Below are positions 40,727-54,291 of a stretch of DNA of 64,000 bases, piece by piece. Where the stretch lies: positions 93,189 through 157,188 of the forward strand of contig JAQGDQ010000515.1 in NCBI GenBank assembly GCA_030141605.1, read 5' to 3'. Position 1 is the first letter of the stretch; each line of letters begins with the position of its first letter. The position numbers and the translations under genes were made by a program. The notes under the pieces were generated by a model. The model was not told the origin of the DNA. It worked only from the letters and a program-made list of their open reading frames with translations, and did no database searches. This DNA comes from Tubiluchus corallicola (Eukaryota; Animalia; Priapulida).

Positions 40727-41364
40727 CCGTATATACGTGTGTACAAGTCGACCTTATGTACAAGTCGTTGTGCATTTTAAGACCAAAAATTGCATCATTT
40801 TATATATTACCTGTGCACAAGTCGACCATAAAATATTAAGATCTTCCAGAGTAAATGATGTCAACAATGGCCGAGTAATAAATCAATAGCTTACTGTGTT
40901 AGTGTGTAAGATACGCGCAAGTGCCTGGGCCGAGTATATTATATCTACCCGATCTATATATATATATATATATACGCATGTTGAGGGCCCTCAATGCAAT
41001 GCATGATAATACTGCCTGGGCTTTCATCGCGCATAATTGTTTGTAATGCCTTTAACCCTGGGATATCGCCCTAGTTTATGTACAGGTAATACATAAATTT
41101 TAACTTAATTTCAAATACATTGAAATAAATTACAGTAATATTTGTTAATTTTGTGAATTAATGTCAAGATGCGAACATTCTCTGATGTGAAGTATCACAG
41201 TTTGAGTGTTCATTTAGTCCAGCGTATAATGAAGGATTATTTCTTTACATATTCATATTGTAGTTGACTCTTTAGCGACATCTCCCAAATACATTTAAGT
41301 TTAAGTCGATCCGAACTATTCACCTTAAAATCGCCTCCCAAAAACTCGACTTGTACATATACGG
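40727..41364. mobile_element. Tc1/mariner-pogo-type MITE
   Basis: TA-CCGTATATACGTGTGTACAAGTCGA ... TCGACTTGTACATATACGG inverted termini. Confidence 0.6.
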
Positions 41365-41974
41365 CAAATTAATTTAAACTTTTGCTTAGTTAATGAAGAG
41401 TGTGATACGAATGCTCTGATTAGTATTTTCAAACTTCAGCTGTCTCAGTGTTATCTAAACTTGTTTCAAATGACCTACTGTCATCGCATTTTATGCAGCT
41501 TTGCTAGCAATGCAAGTTCTGTGCGCATTAAGATAGCATATAAGTGATACAAGGAACTTTTTGTCCAAGGTTTAAATTACATTTGGGTAGAAACGATGCT
41601 AAGCTTACTTTCGATTAATTAATAATAACTTGTCTATTAATCGTGCCTTCATATTACGCGCACAGGAGACCAGGAATGAAAGAAATAACCTTTAAGCGTC
41701 ATTGGAAACTCGAGATTTGGAGCACTTATGCATAAGGTTACACCCAAATCTGAGAACTTCTCAGAACGTTGAAATTATTATGATTAATGCGATTTGATTA
41801 ATTGATGAACAAAAACCAAGGTGCATCCTCATATTCCCGTCTGTTGAGCTGAGTCACTCCGCTTGAAGAAAATCTAGTTTAGTTTCCAGCAGCCGGTTGT
41901 CAGTTGTTTTCATTAGATTGTACTATCACGTTTTAACACGTTTTTTGCACGCTTTGCTTGGTGGAGTGACAGTT

Positions 41975-42910
41975 AGTTTAGTTTAAACATAATTTATTAT
42001 AGGATTGGATCAGACAGTTTGAACAACATGATTTGGGATCCTCACCACAACAGACTCTATACACTATTTACAAAAACATTTACAGTAAGAATAGACTATA
42101 ACTACACAAGCTGACAAGTTTTACTACAAGATTACATAGACATTAGTAACATTTACTGTAAGAATTGACTATACTACCAAGCTGACAGTTTTACTACAAG
42201 ATTACATTAGACATTAGTAACATTTACATAAGAATAACTATAACTAACAAGCTGACAAGTTTTACTACAAGATTACATTAGACATTAGTAACATTTCAGT
42301 AAGAATGACTATAACTACACAAGCTGACAAGTTTTACTACAAGATTACATGACATTAGTAACATTTACAGTAAGAATTGACTATAACTACACAAGCTGAC
42401 AAGTTTTACTACAAGATTACATTAGACATTAGTAACATTTACAGTAAGAATGGACTATAACTACATAAGCTGACAAGTTTTACTACAAGATTACATTAGA
42501 CATTAGTAGAAAATGACGGTTAGAAAATATGTACGAATATTTAAGACTGATGCATTTCATATCAGATAGAAACTACTGGAAGCGTAATATAAGTAATATA
42601 AAGTCATGTACGCATTGGAATATTTTACAGTTAGCAACATAGTTAAATTCATCTTTTCCAAACAATAACAACTTCAACAGATCATTAGTTCCTAAGGCAG
42701 CTATATTAAGGTTTTCAGGTAGAAGCATTTCATTTAGTTTATCAAACACAACAACCCCAGTTTGTTGATACAATGGGCAGTGCAACAAAAAGTGTTCATC
42801 AGACTCAAATCGAAATCCACAGTTACAATTCGCCAATATTGGATGACTGTTATTGTCTTGATAGCCTTTAGAGAAAAGGTCATAGTTGAGCTGAGAATGA
42901 CTGTTCATTG
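41975..42910 (-). mobile_element. LINE 3' fragment with a ~72-bp tandem repeat (6 copies, 42075-42510) in its 3'UTR
   Basis: ORF 42573-42908 has SQLNYDLF...CNCG...ESDEHFLLHCPLY (non-LTR Zn knuckle); tail AATAAATTATGTTTAAACTAAACTAACT. Confidence 0.75.
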
Positions 42911-44850
42911 CTCTTGATAATGGAAACTGGGTGCTGTGAATACTGTCTGTTGTAGGTGACTGAATAGCTCTTTGAAGATAAATGTCTCATTTTGAAGTGT
43001 TGAAAGAAAATTTTAATCAGTTAAACTTAGAAAAATGCAACAAAGAAATTTATGGTATAGCGGAGTGACTATTAAAGGAAAAGTCAAGCTTTCCGAGAAG
43101 TTAGGCTTATTTCAGCGTTCACAAAGAATGGCAGAAGGAAGAAGGATTTAGTAATAAAAGTGTGATAAGCGCCTCCTGTAATTAATAAAACCACTTTAAA
43201 TTCGCAATCATTTCACGCTTGGGCTCTCTGATTTTGAAGGCCAATTCTTCCACCAACGACGTCATAAATTTGTTGACTGAAGAAAGTCAGTGCGCTGTCA
43301 ATCTTCGTCAAAAGTATAGTCAAAGTTTTTTTTACAAAAATGGGCAGCTAATTTTGTGATATTTTTGCCTGAACATTAAGTTAGCTGCAGAAGTTTGCAT
43401 TAGTTTAAGCTGTGCTCGCTTACGGAAAGTCACAATACTAGATACATTGTATACATTATACACAAAGTCTGTATACATTACTAGCTCTCTCAATCAAATA
43501 CAATAATTAAACAACAATCAGACAACTAAAGATATATTCGTAAAATCCACCCACACACACACACACACACCCACACACACACATGCACGCATGTACACAT
43601 TTGTACTATACGAATGTTACTATACATACAAACACTCTTACAACCATTGAACACCATACTAATAATAACATACTCTCCAATAACTTGTAAGCACAACAGA
43701 ATTTCAAAACAACTCCTTAACTAACTTTTGTTTATTTTCATATATAAACCACATAAAACAAATCTTGACAAGCAAAATCTCGTACATCAAAAAGCAAGAA
43801 ATTATAATAAGACAAACTCAAACACCTCGACGCATTCAAACACGAAAACGTACGCGAAATCATGAAATCCACCAGTTACATCACTATTTTGAAATGGTCA
43901 TAGGTCATTTATTTCACATTACACATTTACAATAATTTCATGTACAATATCTAGTGAAAGGGCCTACAATAAACATAATACAAATAAGAAATGCTGCACA
44001 GCAAAAGTCTCAAACACTGTTCACCTATATACGAAGGTAAATGTGTTGCGGGCAATCAAAATGCAGGGTTTGTTAGATTGTTCCACACAGTGGAAGAAAA
44101 AAAAGTAATGGAAATAATCTGAAGATTTAAAGTGAATCGTGATAAAAAAACATTAGTGCTTAAAATGGAATGATGTGATGAATGAAACTCATATATGAGA
44201 TGATATAAAAGATAGAAAGACTGTTATTTGTTAATAGTATGTAAAATTAAGATAACTAAATATAACTAAATAAGATAACTAAATGAATAGCAACTACCAT
44301 GCACCTGAAAATTTCTATACAGCAGTAGTGTAAATAATGTAATTGTGGATCCGCCCAGTTCAGGCAAAGAAACGGCAAAAATTAGTATTGAACTGCATAT
44401 AGACCTGCAATTTATTAAAATAACAGATCACAAAAAGTGCTTAAGAATGTGCTAAAGCTTATTACTATTTAGACAAAATAAAAAATTAGATTTAAGAAGA
44501 CTGACACACAAATTATTACTTCATGATTCTAGAGATTTGAAGCAATTCTAACCAATTTAAACTATTAACTAATTATTATAGTGGATTGTGACTTACATTT
44601 ACTGGTGACAACCTTGGCTTGAAAATACAACTAGTGACTGTTAAATTGTAACAAAATAGACAAAGCAATGCAAGTATCACCAAACGGCATGATCAGCAAC
44701 AGAATTAGCGGCAACAGAAAATCTAACTACATGTAAAAACAAGTGTGATTGATAGGTGGTGTAAAAGGCTTAGGTCACGTGACTAAGGCTGGCTTCGTTT
44801 TAAGCACTTTCAGGAAATGCATGTTTGTAAAAATACGGAAAAAACGAATA

Positions 44851-45305
44851 CCGTATTTTCCCGTGTATAAGAGACCCTTGTGTATAAGAGACCCCTTCAA
44901 TTTTTAGGCAAAAATTCTGGAAAAAAGTTTTTTCAGACAGACATTTTTAGAGGGTAAAGTACAACTTTTTTCAACTCAGTGCGGTACTGAAAACAAAATA
45001 AAACCAGTTAATGTGTTGTAGAAAAAGAGTACTGGTATATATTAAAGTGCGTACCTGCAAACCTGTAACAGGAAAAGAGAAAACGAGGAGATAATGCCTG
45101 TGTCACGATGCTTGTATTGCTTACAACCGCTTCATAGTCGAACGCGACACGCAAAACAGTTGTAGAGCACTTATTTCTTTAAAATCATTAGTGTCACAAT
45201 TTATGCATCTTATTGAAAAGACTTACTCCCATGTATAAGAGACCCCCTATTTTTAAAGTGAAAATTCTGAGCAAAAAAGGGTCTCTTATACACGGGAAAA
45301 TACGG
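44851..45305. mobile_element. Tc1/mariner-pogo-type MITE
   Basis: Perfect 27-bp TIRs CCGTATTTTCCCGTGTATAAGAGACCC with TA TSD. Confidence 0.85.
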
Positions 45306-45459
45306 TAATTATAGAATGCTAGATTAAATTGCTGGACAAATGTCATTTCAGACAATAATTGTTTAATCAATTTTATTGCTTTTTCTCGTTTTTATGTGCC
45401 AGGTAGGCGGACAGTCAATTACGTTTTGTCTGTTTCAGTGATCCGAACTTTGGTCAGCC

Positions 45460-45577
45460 ATGCTGAAGTCGAAGACGTCCCCGAAATTCTCGCAGCCCCG
45501 GAATCAGGGCTTCAGACGTAAGTTCGGAGAAAGCGATCAGCCTCCTCGGAGGATTTCCAACATTGATGAGCTGGACG
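45460..45577 (+). CDS. Candidate alternative first coding exon A of the TIR gene (MLKSKTSPKF...DELD)
   Basis: Acceptor TTTCAG at ~45438, GCCATG context, GC-rich coding-like composition, donor G|GTGAGC; phase 1, compatible with the acceptor at 58241. Confidence 0.55.
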
Positions 45578-45699
45578 GTGAGCGCAGCAGTCACCCTATT
45601 GCACGCACGTTCTTCTTTACTCACAAGTGCAGCTCAAACCTCACTGCATGTGCATGCATCTGTTTGCGCTGGTATTCTGGTTTCACGTTAATGCAGCTT

Positions 45700-46110
45700 G
45701 CCTCTTATTGCACGGGTATTTAATGTGCACATTAGTGCAGCTTGCTTCTCGTTGCACTGGTATCCTACTTTTACTTTAGTGCAGCTTAATTCTCCCTGCG
45801 CTGGTATTTTGCTGCCAGATTATCGTGCAATTTGCTTTTTATTGCACAAGTATCCGACTTTCACATTAACACAGCTGACCTGTTATTGCACAAGTATCCT
45901 TCTTTCACATTAACGCAGCCGACCTGTTATTGCACAAGTATCCTTCTTTCACATTAACACATCTGGTCTGTTATTGCACAAGTATCCTCCTTTGCTGCCA
46001 CATTAACGTGCAGTTTGCTCCTTATTGCACTGGTATTATACTTTACATTAGAGCAGCACGTTTCGCACTGCGCGGTATTCTATTTTCACATTAACGTGCA
46101 GCTTGCTTTC
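45700..46110. repeat. Degenerate ~43-50-bp tandem repeat
   Basis: Recurrent CACATTAAC..CAGC...TTATTGCACAAGTATCC. Confidence 0.7.
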
Positions 46111-46886
46111 TGCTGCATGTTTGTCCTGCTCATAATGCTGTGAAAAGAAGCAAATTGTCGGTAATTGACGACTGCGTTTCACGTTCTGATCCTTCTTCTT
46201 TGTTACACTGAATTTCTGCTGCCAAATTCACTGTACAAGTGCTGCTGTAAATAAAATTTCCTGTCAAAGAAATAAGCTTTTTTACAGTTCCAGCAATTGA
46301 TGACGATCGTGAAAAGGTCAAAGTTGAAATGTACCAGACAACGTATGTGTGTACACTCGACAACGCCTTGCAGCCCGTGCTATTGTAATAGTAACAGTTT
46401 TAACTGCTAGCCAGAACCTTACCTAGTTCATTTTTTCTTGTTCTTGCTAGTAAATCGCTGTACGCACAGAGTAATGCATAACTGAATAAAGTCCACGTAA
46501 AACAACTGTAGTTACTGAATTGGTGCAACAGATGGCTTTGCTTTACACACACACACATTAGGTTTTATAGTTGCAGTTAATATGCATTGCCGTGGTATTC
46601 TTAACCTTTGACCTGCGCGTGCACAAATAACTGTGAAAAGGCTTATTCCACTAAAATGTGACCACACATTTTTTTGTTTAGGGTGTCGCAGTTTTTCTGT
46701 CTTGGGGTGGATGTGGTGGAGGGTTCCTGCATAACTGTAGTGGCAATTTAGCAAATTTAGATTAATGATAATATTAAGAAGACAATTGTAAACTAGTGGG
46801 ATCAGTCCTTCCTAAACGTTCCACTTACACATGCTTAGATTTTAATCCACATTACTCTGGATTTCCAGGAATGCTTAAATGTTTAA

Positions 46887-47910
46887 AGGACAGGAAAAGG
46901 CCCAGTTAAAGCAAGTCTCAGAAAATTTTTGCTAAAAAGTTATAACGGTTAGAGGCAATCTTAAGCGTTTATCATACTCACGTTAAAAGAATTTCTTGTT
47001 TGTTTTCATTTTAAATTCACCTATGAGACTGTCATGGTGGCGCCATATTAGATGGAGTCACAGAACCACGACACAAATGTTTATAGCACACGTGCTCAGA
47101 ACTCACTGCAACTGCGTTCGTGTGATGTCATGCCTCGTGATCTGTCACATGCCGGCTTTTCAATTGGCGGACTAAATGAAACATGTCTGCGCCAACGTTT
47201 GCTGCAGCGGTTGAAATATTTTACAAAAATTGGAGTAAATGTGAAAATGCGAGTACTTCATTACTTGCTTAAAATTATACTTGGGTGATATAATTTTTTA
47301 TTGCAAATTTTCTGAGGCTTACTTTGACTTTGGTTGGCCATTTTCTTGTCCTTTAAAGGAAGACAGAATACATTATGCAAATTTTCAAGTCCGATAAAAA
47401 GTATACAAAATACTGTAAAAACATTTCTGATAATTAAATATTAGATTAAGTACTTAATTAATGGCGGGCGAGCAAAATTATTAATGACATCACAAAGTAA
47501 CATAATTTTCAACGTCAAAAATATTCGACGAGCATGTGGCATGTGGCATGTGTTTGCTAACCCAAAAATTGAAGAACAGTGTTACTGTAAGAGATTCAGT
47601 GTGTTGTACTAAAACTAGGCAAGCTTCAAGATAAAAGTTCAAATTTCAAGTTTACTGTTGTGCTCACGCATGAGCTGTCACAAACTAACACATCTGGACT
47701 GAGAAGTACATTACTTGTTTTTTGTGCAACGCATTTCCGAAATGCAGGCGCTAGTGCCCGTCTCACTAGCGAATGGTGAAATGCACGTAACAGCGATGAA
47801 CTAGTGGCGCGAACGTGAAATGGTGTTTTACGTGAAAGAATTCCTTTCAATATTTTAAAGAGTAGATTTTTTGACCTAGTGTACAGTTTAAGATTAAGTA
47901 CGGCTTCGCT
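46887..47910. mobile_element. Two abutting Kolobok-like MITEs (family C variant 46887-47352; family A 47357-47910) sharing one TTAA
   Basis: TTAA-AGGACAGGAAAAGGCC ... GGCCATTTTCTTGTCCT-TTAA-AGGAAGACAG. Confidence 0.7.
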
Positions 47911-47913
47911 TTG

Positions 47914-48370
47914 AGAAGAGAATTCTAAGTTTATAGAACCACATCCAATATAAACATTACATGCACGTAAACATTATTCCGTATTTCTCTGTGTTCCAAA
48001 GAATGCTTGAATGTTTAAGTCCACATAAAGCAAGAAAGAAATGGCGTTTGAAGTTACTGAACTGATGTGGCAGACGGCTTTGCTTTAAGAAGAGAACGGT
48101 AAATTTATAGAACCAGAGTCCAATCTAAATGTTACATGTACGTAGACATTATTCCGTATTTCACTGAGTTCCAAAGAATGCTTGAATGGTTAAGTCCACA
48201 TAAGGCAAGAAGGAAATGGCGTTTGAAGTTACTGAACTGATGTGGCAGACGGCTTTGCTTTAAGAAGAGAATGGTAAGTTTATAAAACCAGACCCAATCT
48301 AAACGGTACATGCACGTAGACTATATTCCTTATTTCTCTGAGTTCCAAAGAATGCTGGAATGTTTAAGGA
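47914..48370. repeat. ~175-bp tandem repeat, ~2.6 copies
   Basis: GAAGAGAA...TTTATAGAACC...GTTCCAAAGAATGCTTGAATG recurs at ~47914, 48087 and 48262. Confidence 0.85.
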
Positions 48371-48968
48371 AACGTTTTTTGATGTCATAACAAATCTTGA
48401 AAAAAGACGATTCACTCGCTTCATTGGCTTCATTACTTGAGCAGTTTTCCACTAGGATTTTCTTTTTGCAATTAATCGATTTGAAGTTCGAATACAGAAT
48501 GCAGTTGACGGGATCTTGCAAACCCGGATATTTGTGTCATCTGTTCGCATCAGCAACAAGTTCGTTTCTGGCGCCTCTTTCTACAACATCTCCTGCATGT
48601 AGACCAATCTCGCTGCACCGGCAGTGGAAATAAAGGGCTTCGTTGTCGATTAAATTGAGCCCGACTCATAAACAGTTTACACTTTAGATTAGTTACTGTT
48701 TGGCTTCATGGCTGACATGTGCTTAACACGTGTAACCACCACTGGGCTTCCTAACGTGAACCTCCCATTTGAAATGCGTTTTATGGCTTCAGGGTAATTC
48801 AAAGAAATTTAAACAGATATGATCCTTGTATTCTTAAGATCTATTATGATGAAAATGGGTACTTTCTTGCAACTGTCTTTGGGGAAGTAGCTTAGTGGTC
48901 CAGTGCATTAATTTGATTGCCGAGCTGTCGGGAGTGCTTCAGTAGTTGACCAGTGGCTGCTTGTCTAG

Positions 48969-50706
48969 TTAATGTGGAAATGCAGCACCACCTATTTTCA
49001 CTTAATATTATCGTTAATATTCAATATAATAAGTCTTTTTTCTTTAGTTCCATACTTTTATGGAACCAGAGCATGTGAGGGTAGTACTGTTTGCTTTACA
49101 GACCCGCACAGTGGTGTGTTTAGCTGTTGTGTGCATGCAGCCATGCGTGCATGTCTGAAATAATGCACTGTATGCTGCACTGCTAGCATCTGCTGCTAGG
49201 TAGAAAAAGTACTGTCGCTCATACAGTTTGTTGTCAGTTGTCACGTGCTTGAAAACTGTGTACCGGTTTATATTCTAACTGCCGTGATTTTAAGCTATTC
49301 GTAAGCAAAAAAATTTTCATTTAGGATTTTATCAAGTTCATGTGTAAATTTTTGTAAGTTTGTTTACAAGTTTAAAATTATAATTACAATTTGCAACTTT
49401 AAAATTACTGTACATATGTTTGTTTCATTTTACACAGCATTAAAACAATGGCTAAAACGTTTCGTATTGGTGTTTCGGTCATGGTATGAAGCTTAAGGAC
49501 TAGTCTTGTTTTACTTATATTAGAAAAATTTGCACCGTTAGTTGCTGTGTAACTTGTCTGTCATTACCGAATGTCAAAAAATGAAAAACTGCAGTTTTAG
49601 ACGCCAGTTACTATTAGTTTTTACCGACGGCTTTATGGCTTCCAAATTGTAGCCGTTTCACTGGGTTTCGACGATAATTTTCGCATAGCTGAGTTTTGTT
49701 GTTTTTTTGACAGGCATCTTGGGATAGCCAAATTTTCAAAAATCTGCATCTCTGCTGTCGGTACTTTCCATTACGTCACTGTTAAATGACTGGCTGTCTT
49801 GCCAATTCTGAAAATTTTCCCCGTCACTTTCACACAGCCCTTGGTCGTTGTTCAGGCTGCACATTGGCTTGAATGTTTGCAAAAATTGGCTAGCAGTTCG
49901 ATATACGATGAATTCTTCTGCAATCTCAGAGAACAGTGGCAACTCGTAGCTAAAATTAGTGGTGGGTGGGGGAGGGGGGTGCTGCTCAGGAAATTTTTAG
50001 CCTTAGGTTTTAATACTGTGTAAAAGCGAAACAAACATGCGAAATTTTAAAGTTGTAATTTGTAATTGTAATTTTAAGTAAACAAACACACGAAAGTTTA
50101 TACATAAGCTTGATAAAATCCTAAACAGAATTTTTTTTGCTTACTAATAGCCTAAATTGTCACAGTTCAAGCTTGATCTATTCACAGTAAGCACGTGACA
50201 ACTGACCACAAACCGTGTGAGCAACAGTAATTTCTCTACCTGTGCTCAGACATGTGCACAACAGTCAAACACCGCATTGCTGGAGTTCACTGTGTTGGGC
50301 TGTGAAGCAAACTGTGTGAGCGACAGTACTTTCTCTACCTGGGCTCAGACATGTGCACATGACCGCATGCACTCAACAGCCAAACACCGCATTGCTGTAG
50401 CTCACTGTGCTGGGCTGTGAAGCAAACCAGGTTTTCCACACACTCCTGGATCATGGCTGGATGATGTGGATGGTAGTGGACGTGGACATGGAGCCTCATA
50501 TTACTAATCTGCTTAAGTTAACTCTGTACTATAATAGATATGTAACTGTATGTGAAACAGACCACTGCGAATAGATTAAAAGATAGACAAGCTCACATGC
50601 TCTGGCTCAATGCACGTTTAATAAAAGAACTAAAAAGAGGATTATTATATTGGATATTATCGATAATTTTGAGTGAAACTAAGGGGTGCTGCAGTTCCAC
50701 AGTTAC
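48969..50706. mobile_element. Foldback-type element with long imperfect inverted arms
   Basis: 48973-49045 vs 50620-50701, 49070-49250 vs 50180-50430, and 49290-49405 vs 50044-50150 are mutual reverse complements. Confidence 0.7.
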
Positions 50707-51249
50707 CTACGTGCGAGCCGCCAATGAACAGAGTCTGAATCTATTGCCTTGGTGCCTTTGGCAGTTTATTGAACCATTAAAAACCCTAATTTTATGGTTA
50801 AACGTTCTATGAATGCAGTTTTCACCTATTGCTTCTGGGTAGACAAGTACCGTATTATGACACAGCTAGATCGTCCACGTTAGAATTCCACCGTCACGGT
50901 AATTAGCCCGACCCAAGGCGACATACCTGGAAATACATGTTCGTCTATTTGTACCTGCAGTCTTCCTACCTGTAATTAACACCTTCGCTGTTCTGGTACC
51001 CGGCGTGACGTGCTCTGCCAGGATAGTTGGCTTTCGTGACAACGCATTGCGAACCGGAAGTAGTTGTGCTCGTATCCTGGAGAATTCCTGTGTAACAGGA
51101 AGTGTGTGCTGGCATTGATATTGCTTAGGGAATTACTCCAGGTGCTGGTGTGATGGCTATTAGTATCTACGTGCCTGCAGTATGCAGTATGGCAAACGTT
51201 CGTGGTAAGTGAATACACATGACATTTGTCTTTGTATATTTCTGTTTCA

Positions 51250-54015
51250 CTTAAACTGGTAAACTATGAGGTGTGTTGCTTGCACTTCAACTTAAACACT
51301 TCAGTTTAATCCAGTATGCTTTTGATGAGGTTTGTTGCTTGCACTTCAACTTAAACTAGTGTAACACTTCAACTTAAACACTTCAGCTTAAACCAGTATG
51401 CTTTTGATGGGGTTTGTTGCTTGCACTTCAACTAAACACTTCAGTGTAAACCAGTATGCTTTTGATGAGGTTTGTTGCTTGCACTTCAACTTAAACACTT
51501 CAGTTTAATCCAGTATGCTTTTGATGAGGTTTGTTGCTTGCACTTCAACTTAAACACTTCAGTTTAATCCAGTATGCTTTTGACGAGGTTTGTTGCTTGC
51601 ACTTCAACTTAAACACTTCAGTTTAAACCAGTATGCTTTTGATGAGGTTTGTTGCTTGCACTTCAACTTAAACACTTCAGTTTAAACCAGTATGCTTTTG
51701 ATGGGGTTTGTTGCTTACACTTCAACTTAAACACTTCAGTACCAGTATGTTTTGATGGGTTGTTGCTTCCTTCAACTAAACACTTCGTGTAAACCAGTAT
51801 GCTTTTGATGAGGTTTGTTGCTTGCACTTCAACTTAAACACTTCAGTTTAAACCAGTATGCTTTTGATGAGATTTGTTGCTTGCACTTCAACTAAACACT
51901 TCAGTTTAAACCAGTATGCTTTTGATGAGGTTTGTTGCTTGCACTTCAACTAAACACTTCAGTTTAAACCAGTGTGCTTTTGATGAGGTTTGTTGCTTGC
52001 ACTTCAACTTAAACACTTCAGTTTAAACCAGTATGCTTTTGATGAGGTTTGTTGCTTGCACTTCAACTTAAACACTTCAGTTTAAACCAGTATGCTTTTG
52101 ATGAGGTTTGTTGCTTGCACTTCAACTTAAACACTTCAGTTTAAACCAGTATGCTTTTGATGAGGTTTGTTGCTTGCACTTCAACTTAAACACTTCAGTT
52201 TAAACCAGTATGCTTTTGATGAGGTTTGTTGCTTGCACTTCAACTTAAACACTTCAGTTTAAACCAGTATGCTTTTGATGAGGTTTGTTGCTTGCACTTC
52301 AACTTAAACACTTCAGCTTAAACCAGTATGCTTTTGACGAGGTTTGTTGCTTGCACTTCAACTTAAACACTTCAGTTTAATCCAGTATGTTTTTGATGAG
52401 GTTTGTTGCTTGCACTTCAACTAAACACTTCAGTTTAAACCAGTATGCTTTTGATGAGGTGTGTTGCTTGCACTTTAACTTAAACACTTCAGTGTAAACC
52501 AGTATGCTTTTGATGAGGTTTGTTGCGTGCACTTCAACTTAAACACTTCAGTTTAAACCAGTATGCTTTTGATGAGGTTTGTTGCTTGCACTTCAACTTA
52601 AACACTTCAGTTTAAACCAGTATGCTTTTGATGAGGTTTGTTGCTTGCACTTCAACTTAAACACTTCAGTGTAAACCAGTATGCTTTTGATGGGGTTTGT
52701 TGCTTACACTTCAACTTAAACACTTCAGTGTAAACCAGTATGCTTTTGATGAGGTTTGTTGCTTGCACTTCAACTTAAACACTTCAGTTTAAACCAGTAT
52801 GCTTTTGATGAGGTTTGTTGCTTGCACTTCAACTTAAACACTTCAGTTTAAACCAGTATGTTTTTGATGGGATTTGCTGCTTGCACTTCAACTTAAACAC
52901 TTCAGTTTAAACCAGTATGCTTTTGATGAGGTTTGCTGCTTGCACTTCAACTTAAACACTTCAGTTTAAACCAGTATGCTTTTGATGAGGTTTGTTGCTT
53001 GCACTTCAACTTAAACACTTCAGTTTAAACCAGTATGTTTTTGATGGGATTTGCTGCTTGCACTTCAACTTAAACACTTCAGTTTAAACCAGTATGCTTT
53101 TGATGAGGTTTGCTGCTTGCACTTCAACTTAAACACTTCAGCTTAAACCAGTATGCTTTTGATGAGGTTTGTTGCTTGCACTTCAACTTAAACACTTCAG
53201 CTTAAACCAGTATGCTTTTGATGAGGTTTGTTGCTTACACTTCAACTTAAACACTTCAGTGTAAACCAGTATGCTTTTGATGAGGTTTGTTGCTTGCACT
53301 TCAACTTAAACACTTCAGCTTAAACCAGTATGCTTTTGATGAGGTTTGTTGCTTGCACTTCAACTTAAACACTTCAGTTTAAACCAGTATGCTTTTGATG
53401 AGGTTTGCTGCTTGCACTTCAACTAAACACTTCAGTTTAAACCAGTATGCTTTTGATGAGGTTTGCTGCTTGCACTTCAACTTAAACACTTCAGTTTAAA
53501 CCAGTATGCTTTTGATGAGGTTTGCTGCTTGCACTTCAACTAAACACTTCAGTTTAAACCAGTATGCTTTTGATGAGGTTTGCTGCTTGCACTTCAACTT
53601 AAACACTTCAGTTTAAACCAGTATGCTTTTGATGAGGTGTGTTGCTTGCACTTTAACTTAAACCAGTACAACACTTCAACTTAAACACTTCAGTTTAAAC
53701 CAGTATGCTTTTGATGAGGTGTGTTGCTTGCACTTTAACTTAAACCAGTACAACACTTCAACTTAAACACTTCAGTTTAAACCAGTATGCTTTTGATGAG
53801 GTGTGTTGCTTGCACTTTAACTTAAACCAGTACAACACTTCAACTTAAACACTTCAGTTTAAACCAGTATGCTTTTGATGAGGTTTGTTGCTTGCACTTC
53901 AACTTAAACACTTCAGTTTAAACCAGTATGCTTTTGATGAGGTTTGTTGCTTGCACTTCAACTTAAACACTTCAGCTTAAACCAGTATGCTTTTGATGAG
54001 GTTCGTTGCTTGCAC
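51250..54015. repeat. 59-bp satellite, ~46 copies
   Basis: Unit CACTTCAACTTAAACACTTCAGTTTAAACCAGTATGCTTTTGATGAGGTTTGTTGCTTG, period 59, highly homogeneous. Confidence 0.98.
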
Positions 54016-54291
54016 TATACAAACTCCTAGGCAGCGTAATACATTTCAGGACATTTGACACACGTTAAACTTTGGTTGAAAAACTGAAAAATTCACAAGT
54101 GAAAACTACAGTTCACTTTTTTACTTGTGCAAAAATCAGTTAGTGGTATTTCCACTTTCTCGTAAAACCTCTAGTGACTGAAACTTTCAAAATTGGGAGT
54201 GATTTCAGTGCTCTTGTTCAACTGCAATCGTGCATGTGTCGCACTTGTAACTTTTGCTTAAAAATGTGAAAGTTGTGAATTAAGCGTTCTT

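Noticed and set aside
50961-51204. Full internal coding exon (or Sec/readthrough exon) of the TIR gene
   Set aside because: All three frames contain stops, including TAG/TAA, so selenocysteine does not explain it; only 51153-51204 is kept as a tentative start.
51250-54015. Hammerhead ribozyme in the 59-bp satellite (TTGATGAG...TAAAC)
   Set aside because: Core C3 and G12 are absent in the unit and stems I-III do not form convincingly.
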